Assembly (NCBI GenBank): GCA_963783375.1
Contig: CAWANH010000028.1
Span: 1,952,001 to 2,016,000 of the forward strand
From: Candidatus Eiseniibacteriota bacterium
Lineage (GTDB): Bacteria; Eisenbacteria; RBG-16-71-46; JABDJR01
Length of the DNA stretch: 64,000 nucleotides
Direction of reading: 5' to 3'
In this document: piece after piece, positions 58,687 to 64,000 of the stretch
How positions within the stretch are numbered: the first letter of the stretch is position 1
Layout: each line of letters opens with the position of its first letter
Notes under the pieces: generated by a model
The model's database searches: none
What the model was told of the DNA's origin: nothing
Seen by the model: the letters and a program-made list of their open reading frames with translations, nothing else
Made by a program: the position numbers and the translations under genes

Positions 58687-59240
58687 AGCGCCTTGATCCT
58701 CCCCCAGGTCACGGGCTCGACCGCGGTCTGCGGCCGGTCCCGCTCGAAGAGCTCCAGGAGATCGAACCGGCAGGTGCCGTTTCCGATCCGGCGAACGGTG
58801 ACGGTGTAGGTTCCCGAAACCAGGCAGCGCACCTCGGACGACTGGACCCAGTCGTATAGAGCCGAGCTTCACCCGACGCCCATCCCGGGAATCGTGGTCA
58901 CCGTGTCCTCGCACGCGGTCAGCGCGGGGGGGTCGGGCGCGAACTCGATCGAAAAAGTCCGCCTTTCGCCCACCGCTCCGGCGCTCCGGATCGAGTCCAC
59001 GAAGCAGAAGCTGTGGGAGAGATCCAGCCGGAAGCGGACCCACTCCCCCTCCCGGTCGAGCCCGTCCACCGCCAGCCGCTGGGACGCGGCGGAGCAGTTG
59101 GTGACGTGGATGCCCGCTCCCCCCCGGTCGGAATAGTCGATCATGCTCTCCGCCTCGATCCGAACGGTCTCGGACCGGGCGGAGGAGGCGAAAAGCGGCG
59201 ACAGGAGGGCGATGGTCGCCCCGATCAGGAACCACCTCAT
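58674..59240 (-). CDS. Secreted CBM-like protein with an in-frame TGA (candidate selenocysteine at residue 124) and a C-terminal TWG tail
   Basis: GGAGG RBS and ATG 59240; signal peptide; IEAES...GLDREGEW. TGA at 58869-58871 is followed in frame by 64 sense codons ending AVEPVTWGRIKALYAP*. A SECIS-like hairpin follows the TGA. Confidence 0.75.
58833..58866 (-). promoter_or_regulatory. Bacterial SECIS-like stem-loop
   Basis: On the - strand right after UGA: CUCGG-cucuau-ACGACUG-GGUC-CAGUCGU-CCGAG. The apical loop starts 20 nt after the UGA and begins with GG. Confidence 0.65.
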
Positions 59241-59553
59241 GAGGTCGGCCTCCGGATGCGCGTGCGCTGGCCTGGTTGGGGGCAAGGAAAGAGCGTGGTC
59301 CCAGTCTACCGGATGAGGCGCGCCGAATCAGGGAGAATCCCCATGCGCCGCGAGCCGGCCGGTTCCTCCCCGGCCCGCCGGCGAATTGATTCATCTCCAT
59401 TCTGGGGCTTCCGCTCGCTTTCCGGATCGGGTATGAGATTGAAGGGACTCCGGCCCCGCCCGCGCCCCCGCCAGAAGGGGCAACCCGGGCCCGGGCCCGG
59501 CCGCGCCCCGCCGGCTCCCGAAGGCGATTCCAAACCGAGAGGACGATGGCGCC

Positions 59554-61674
59554 ATGGAACGACGTTTCGGACTGTTCCTTGCCGTATCAATGCTCTTCAC
59601 CAACGCCGTTGCCGCCGGCCCCGCCCGGGCCGACGAGGGGATGTGGCTCCTGAATCGTCTGCCCGTCGCGCGCATCCAGGCGGAGTACGGGTTCACCCCC
59701 ACCCCGGCCTGGGTCGAGCATCTCCAGCAGGCGGCGGTGAAGTTCGGACGCGGGGGATCGGCGAGCTTCATCTCCTCCGACGGGCTCCTTCTTACCAACC
59801 ATCACGTGGCCCGGAGCCAGCTGGCCAAGCTGAGCACCCCGGAGCGCGACCTCCTGGTGGACGGCTACCTGGCGCGCACCCCCGAGCAGGAACTCCAGTG
59901 TCCGGACGTGGCAGTGATGTCGCTCCAGGACATCGTGGACGTGACCGGCCGGGTGGAAGGCGCCGCGGCGGGGGCGGCCGATGCCGTCTCGGCAGAAAGC
60001 GCGCGGAACGCGGAGATCGCGGCCATCGAGCGGGAGTCCTTCGCCGAAACCGGCCTCACCTCCGAAGTGGTGACCCTGTACGGGGGAGGCCGCTATCACC
60101 TCTACCGGTACAAGCGGTTCACCGACGTCCGGATCGTGTTCGCCCCCGGGGGACAGGCCGCCGATTTCGGGGGGGACGAGGACAACTTCGAGTTTCCCCG
60201 CTACTGCCTCGACGTCGCCTTGCTCCGGGTCTACGACCACGGGAAGCCGTACCACCCCGAGCAGTACCTGAAGATGGCGCCGGGCGGCATCGCCGACGGC
60301 GACCCGGTCTTCGTGATCGGCCACCCGGGGCGCACCCAGCGCCTGGACACCGTGGCCGACCTCGCGTTCCTCCGCGACGTGCAGTATCCGCGGCAGATGC
60401 GCACCGCCCGGACCCGCGAGGTCGAGCTTTCGATCTACTCCAACCGGGGAGAACGGGAGGCGCGCCTGGCCGAGCGCGAGCTCCTCGGGGTCCAGAACTG
60501 GCGCAAGGGGACCGGGGCCAAGCTTCGCGCCCTGGAGGATCCACGGGTCTTCGCCCAGGTCGTGAAGCGGGAGAAGGCCTTCCGGGACGCGGTGGCCAGG
60601 GACCCGAAGCTCCAGCGCGAGGTCGGCGACGCCTGGGACCGGATCGCCGCCGCCCGCGAGGTCAACACCGGGATCTACGACCGTTACCAGCTCGTGGAGG
60701 GGGGACGCCGCTCCTCTCTGGGAGGATCGGTACTCTTCCGCATCGCCCGCACCCTGGTGCGCATGGCCGACGAGCGGGGCAGGCCCGACGGCGAGCGCCT
60801 GAGGGAATACCGGGAGTCGAATCTCCCCAACCTGGAGATGGCCCTCTACTCGCGTGCGCCCGTCGTGAACGAGCTGGAGATCGGGCGGGTGGAGAGCCAC
60901 CTGGCCCTGGCCGCCGAGATCCTGGGCGGCGACGATCCCGCGGTCCGAACCATGCTCGGCGGCGAGTCCCCGGCGGATCGGGCCCGGGAGCTGGTGGGGG
61001 GGAGCCGCCTGGGCGACCCGGCGGTCCGCCGGGCCCTGGCCGACGGGGGGCGGGCGGCGATCGAGGCCTCGAAGGACCCCATGCTCCGGCTGGCCCTGGC
61101 CCTGGACGGGCCCGCCCGCGAGGTTCGGGCGCGCTACGAGAACGAAGTGGAGGCGGTCCTGCACGACGCCTACGCCCGGCTCGCCCGGGCCCGCTTCGCG
61201 GTGTACGGGGAGGACGTCTACCCCGACGCCACCGGGACCCTGCGGCTCTCCGCCGGCCGGATCCAAGGCTTCGACCTGGAAGGCGCGCCGGTAGCGCCCT
61301 TCACCGATTTCGCGGGTCTCTACGCCCGGAGCGCCGCCCGCGGTCCGCTGGCCCCCTTCGATCTCCCGGAGAGCTGGACGACAGCGCGGAGCCGCCTCGA
61401 CCTCGCCACGCCGTTCAACTTCACCTCCACCAACGACATCATCGGCGGCAACTCCGGGAGCCCGGTGGTGAACCGGGACGGGGAGTGGGTGGGGGTGATC
61501 TTCGACGGCAACCGCTACTCGTTCGTATGGGATGTCCTCTATCCGGAGAATGGCGAAGGCCGGGCGGTCTCGGTGGACGCCCGGGGGCTGGTTGAAGCGC
61601 TTCGGACGGTTTACGGCGCGGACGCGCTGGCCGCCGAGGTCTCGACGGGCGAACCGCGGGTCCGGGGGGAGTAG
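59554..61674 (+). CDS. S46-family dipeptidyl peptidase (DPP7/DPP11-like)
   Basis: Signal peptide; ADEGMWL, SASFISSDGLLLTNHHV, DNFEFPRY, GHPGRT, YPDATGTLRL, DIIGGNSGSPV. Confidence 0.92.
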   Translation: MERRFGLFLAVSMLFTNAVAAGPARADEGMWLLNRLPVARIQAEYGFTPTPAWVEHLQQAAVKFGRGGSASFISSDGLLLTNHHVARSQLAKLSTPERDLLVDGYLARTPEQELQCPDVAVMSLQDIVDVTGRVEGAAAGAADAVSAESARNAEIAAIERESFAETGLTSEVVTLYGGGRYHLYRYKRFTDVRIVFAPGGQAADFGGDEDNFEFPRYCLDVALLRVYDHGKPYHPEQYLKMAPGGIADGDPVFVIGHPGRTQRLDTVADLAFLRDVQYPRQMRTARTREVELSIYSNRGEREARLAERELLGVQNWRKGTGAKLRALEDPRVFAQVVKREKAFRDAVARDPKLQREVGDAWDRIAAAREVNTGIYDRYQLVEGGRRSSLGGSVLFRIARTLVRMADERGRPDGERLREYRESNLPNLEMALYSRAPVVNELEIGRVESHLALAAEILGGDDPAVRTMLGGESPADRARELVGGSRLGDPAVRRALADGGRAAIEASKDPMLRLALALDGPAREVRARYENEVEAVLHDAYARLARARFAVYGEDVYPDATGTLRLSAGRIQGFDLEGAPVAPFTDFAGLYARSAARGPLAPFDLPESWTTARSRLDLATPFNFTSTNDIIGGNSGSPVVNRDGEWVGVIFDGNRYSFVWDVLYPENGEGRAVSVDARGLVEALRTVYGADALAAEVSTGEPRVRGE

Positions 61675-61722
61675 CGCCCCCCCCGGGCGGCCCCGGGACG
61701 CCGCATGAAATGGTTGAAAGAG

Positions 61723-61756
61723 GACGGCCCCCCTCGCCGTGGCGAGAGGGGCCGTC
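61723..61756. terminator. Hairpin terminator between convergent genes
   Basis: GACGGCCCCCCTCGCC-GT-GGCGAGAGGGGCCGTC stem; followed on the - strand by CTCTTTC. Confidence 0.6.
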
Positions 61757-61778
61757 GTTCCATCGAGGGGCGGTAATT

Positions 61779-62342
61779 CTAGTAGCGGGACTTGAGGAGC
61801 CCCCAGGTGGTGGGCTGGGTGGGCACCGCTTCCGTCACGTCGGACTGGACGCGAAGCTCCAGGTTGGCCGGGAGTTCGATGCCGGCGCCGGTCGCCGGAT
61901 CGAAGAAGTACCCGAGGACGAGCTGCAAGGTGCCGTCCTCCACGAGAACCGGTAGCCCCGGCGCGGGGTACGAGAGCAGACCGCCGTCGCTATCGGAGGT
62001 GAAGTCGAAGACGGCGTTGGCCAGGCCGCTCGCATCCACCGAGAACTGGACGGTGAGCTTGTCGCTGATCGCTCCGGCGTTGGGATCGCTGGCCGGCTCC
62101 ACCATGTAGAGCACGCCGGTTCCCTGGTAGCCGGGAGGGCTCAGGGTGATCCAGCAGGCCTCGACGTGGGCGGTCTCACCGGAAGCGGACGTGCCGATCC
62201 CGCACTCGAAATTGTTGTCGTAGGATACGGCGGTCGAATCCGCGGTCTCGACAAAAGCGAGGTAGGCGGCCGAGGCGGTGATCGGGGCCAGGGCCAGGAT
62301 CAGGAAGGGTAGGACGACCAGGAACGCGTAGCGCTTGGTCAT
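61779..62342 (-). CDS. Secreted hypothetical protein with a C-terminal TWG tail
   Basis: AAGGAG RBS, signal peptide (MTKRYAFLVVLPFLILALAPITASA), ending AVPTQPTTWGLLKSRY. Confidence 0.8.
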   Translation of the reverse strand: MTKRYAFLVVLPFLILALAPITASAAYLAFVETADSTAVSYDNNFECGIGTSASGETAHVEACWITLSPPGYQGTGVLYMVEPASDPNAGAISDKLTVQFSVDASGLANAVFDFTSDSDGGLLSYPAPGLPVLVEDGTLQLVLGYFFDPATGAGIELPANLELRVQSDVTEAVPTQPTTWGLLKSRY

Positions 62343-62726
62343 GGGTGTCTCCTTGAGGTGATGAGCATGGGTGTTCCAACTCCGGTCAGGACAACGGACA
62401 GAATAAGTCGTGATTAATAGGGGTAGGCGGGAATCCAGTCAACATAAATGTGCATGTCGCTTGATTTTATTGGGATCTTGTCCGGTTTTTCAATGGCGGG
62501 GCTGGGCAATCCCGATATTTCCGCCCGTATGTCGAAACGGCCGGCCCCCGAGGGGGACCGGCCGTTCCGAGGGAATCGCGAGGACCTTCGGTACTTGTCC
62601 GCCGGAAGGAACCGTCGGGAACCCCTGATAGTCCGCCCGGCTCTATCAGGGCCTCCGGCCCACTCCCGGTGAGGCGCTCGGGGGATCGTCGCCCCCGAAG
62701 GCCCCCGCGGGGTCATCTACAGGCGA

Positions 62727-63512
62727 CTACGCGGTCTCGGACTCGTCGCTCGTTCCACGCTTCCGCCGCTTGAGGGCCATACCGGCCAGGCCGGCGCCCA
62801 GGAGGAGCAGGGTGGTGGGCTCGGGCACGGTGGTCTCGAAGTGGATCTTCTGCTGAATCGCGCGATCGAACTCGCCGAAGCTGGAGGCGGTGACCAGGAA
62901 CGCCCCCGACCCGCCGAGCACGTTGTTCTGGTAGTAGGTGGCCACGCTGGAGCTGCCTCCCACCACCAGGCCGTTGATCATGTCCACGCCGGCGTTCAGA
63001 GCGTTGTCCCGGCCCACGTGGGGGGTGAGGGCACCGGGGCTATCGTTGTCCACGCCGTCCCCGGATACGTCCATGATCAGCTTGCTCCCCTCGAACCCGT
63101 TCTGGGCGAAGAGGGGGGTGCCCCAGTTCAGGGCGCTCTGGACCGCGGTGTTGTTGCTGAACGGCCGGGCGGCGTTCCCGATCGCGGTGGCGAACGCGTT
63201 GGCCGAGGCGGCGTCGGTGAGATGGGTCCACCCCACGCTCAGGGACTGCTGGTTCGAGCTGGACCAGTAGCCCAGGGCAACGGCGATCCCGCCGGGGCTG
63301 TTGATGATGTCCTGCTGGACCGTGGCGTCCTGGAACGCGGCCACGTAGCCCGACCGCTGGAGGGCGAACTCTCCGGAGTCGATGCTGCCGGAAACGTCCA
63401 CCAGGAGGAGCAATTCGGTCTGAACGGGCGTGGCCAAGGCGGCCATGGGGGCCAGGAGGATTCCCAGCGCCGCGGCGGTGATGCCGAGAATAACGGTAGT
63501 CTTGAATCTCAT
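62727..63512 (-). CDS. vWA-like (DUF1194-type) protein with a PEP-CTERM sorting signal
   Basis: Signal peptide; LLLLVDVSGSID MIDAS-like motif; DVSGDG; C-terminal VPEPTTLLLLGAGLAGMALKRRKR. Confidence 0.88.
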   Translation of the reverse strand: MRFKTTVILGITAAALGILLAPMAALATPVQTELLLLVDVSGSIDSGEFALQRSGYVAAFQDATVQQDIINSPGGIAVALGYWSSSNQQSLSVGWTHLTDAASANAFATAIGNAARPFSNNTAVQSALNWGTPLFAQNGFEGSKLIMDVSGDGVDNDSPGALTPHVGRDNALNAGVDMINGLVVGGSSSVATYYQNNVLGGSGAFLVTASSFGEFDRAIQQKIHFETTVPEPTTLLLLGAGLAGMALKRRKRGTSDESETA

Positions 63513-63605
63513 GGACGGGATCTCCCTGGAGTAGGTTTCCTGATGTTCTGAGCCGGATCGGGACGTACGCGGACCTCCGCAGGATGCGGGTCGTCACCTG
63601 TTATC

Positions 63606-63689
63606 GCAATTGTCGAGCCAAATGATAAGTCGCTGCATTTCAACGGGTTCCATCATATCATAATTCATGTTTTGTTAAAGTCACCGACA
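63606..63689 (-). promoter_or_regulatory. Sigma-54 promoter with an upstream enhancer-like site for the PEP-CTERM gene
   Basis: The - strand reads TGGCTCGACAATTGC (GG-N10-GC) at 63620-63606; TGT-N11-ACA (TGTTAAAGTCACCGACA) lies at 63673-63689. Confidence 0.65.
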
Positions 63690-63884
63690 GATGAGCCGTC
63701 ACCGGTCACTCCCGTGTACTTGAACCGGTTTTAAGACAAAGGGTTACGGATCCAGGGATAGCCAGAACCGAACTGTTCTTGTAGGAAATAAATCCGACAC
63801 ACGGAATTCTCAACCCATTGAACAACAGGGGATTAGGAAGCTTCATCTTTCCTATCTTGCTGCACCCGGCCGGGAAAGACGCCC

Positions 63885-64000
63885 TCAGCTTCCCATCAGG
63901 TACTCGACCAGGTCGATCTTGGTGAGGATCTGGCGCGGCCGCTTCCCGCCGTCCACGATGACCACCGCCGGGGCCTGCTCGAACAGGGTCCCCAGGACGT
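63885..64000 (-). CDS. C-terminal end of a CBS-domain protein (possibly cystathionine beta-synthase); partial
   Basis: Manual translation gives ...VLGTLFEQAPAVVIVDGGKRPRQILTKIDLVEYLMGS*, a CBS-type '(G)ILTxxDL' ending. Confidence 0.55.
   Translation of the reverse strand, partial: VLGTLFEQAPAVVIVDGGKRPRQILTKIDLVEYLMGS

Noticed and set aside
58674-58868. Separate small gene downstream of the TGA at 58869
   Set aside because: No convincing RBS and start codon or signal peptide in this segment; it is better explained as the read-through C-terminus of 58674-59240.

Overview
A very GC-rich bacterial window whose gene content suggests an FCB-group candidate lineage (Eisenbacteria/Krumholzibacteria/Latescibacteria-like; this is inference). 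From left to right: the 5' part of motA; an ECF sigma factor with an anti-sigma-like partner; a PstS-like/TPR/ExbB/ExbD/ExbD/TonB operon; and a ~27 kb probable beta-1,2-glucan utilisation locus (two GH144, a sugar ABC transporter, a discoidin-domain hydrolase, GH1, GH94, LacI, a TonB-dependent receptor, a large CTD protein and a PorV-like barrel, but no SusD). That locus is interrupted by a 137-bp double-palindrome tandem array, an orphan higA and a higB relic. Further right are a radical SAM gene, a HACD/ECH-thiolase-iorAB operon, an OPT transporter, MarR/NmrA, two divergent giant Ser/Thr kinase-STAND proteins, an S46 peptidase and a sigma-54-driven PEP-CTERM gene. Top observations: (1) a secreted protein at 58674-59240 (-) has an in-frame TGA followed by a bacterial SECIS-like hairpin, so it is a candidate new extracytoplasmic selenoprotein missed by the ORF track; (2) four unrelated exported proteins share a C-terminal '[TV][EQ]Px[ST]WGx[LVI]KxxY' tail, a candidate uncharacterised sorting signal. 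Four genes carry single-base frameshifts that look like sequencing errors.
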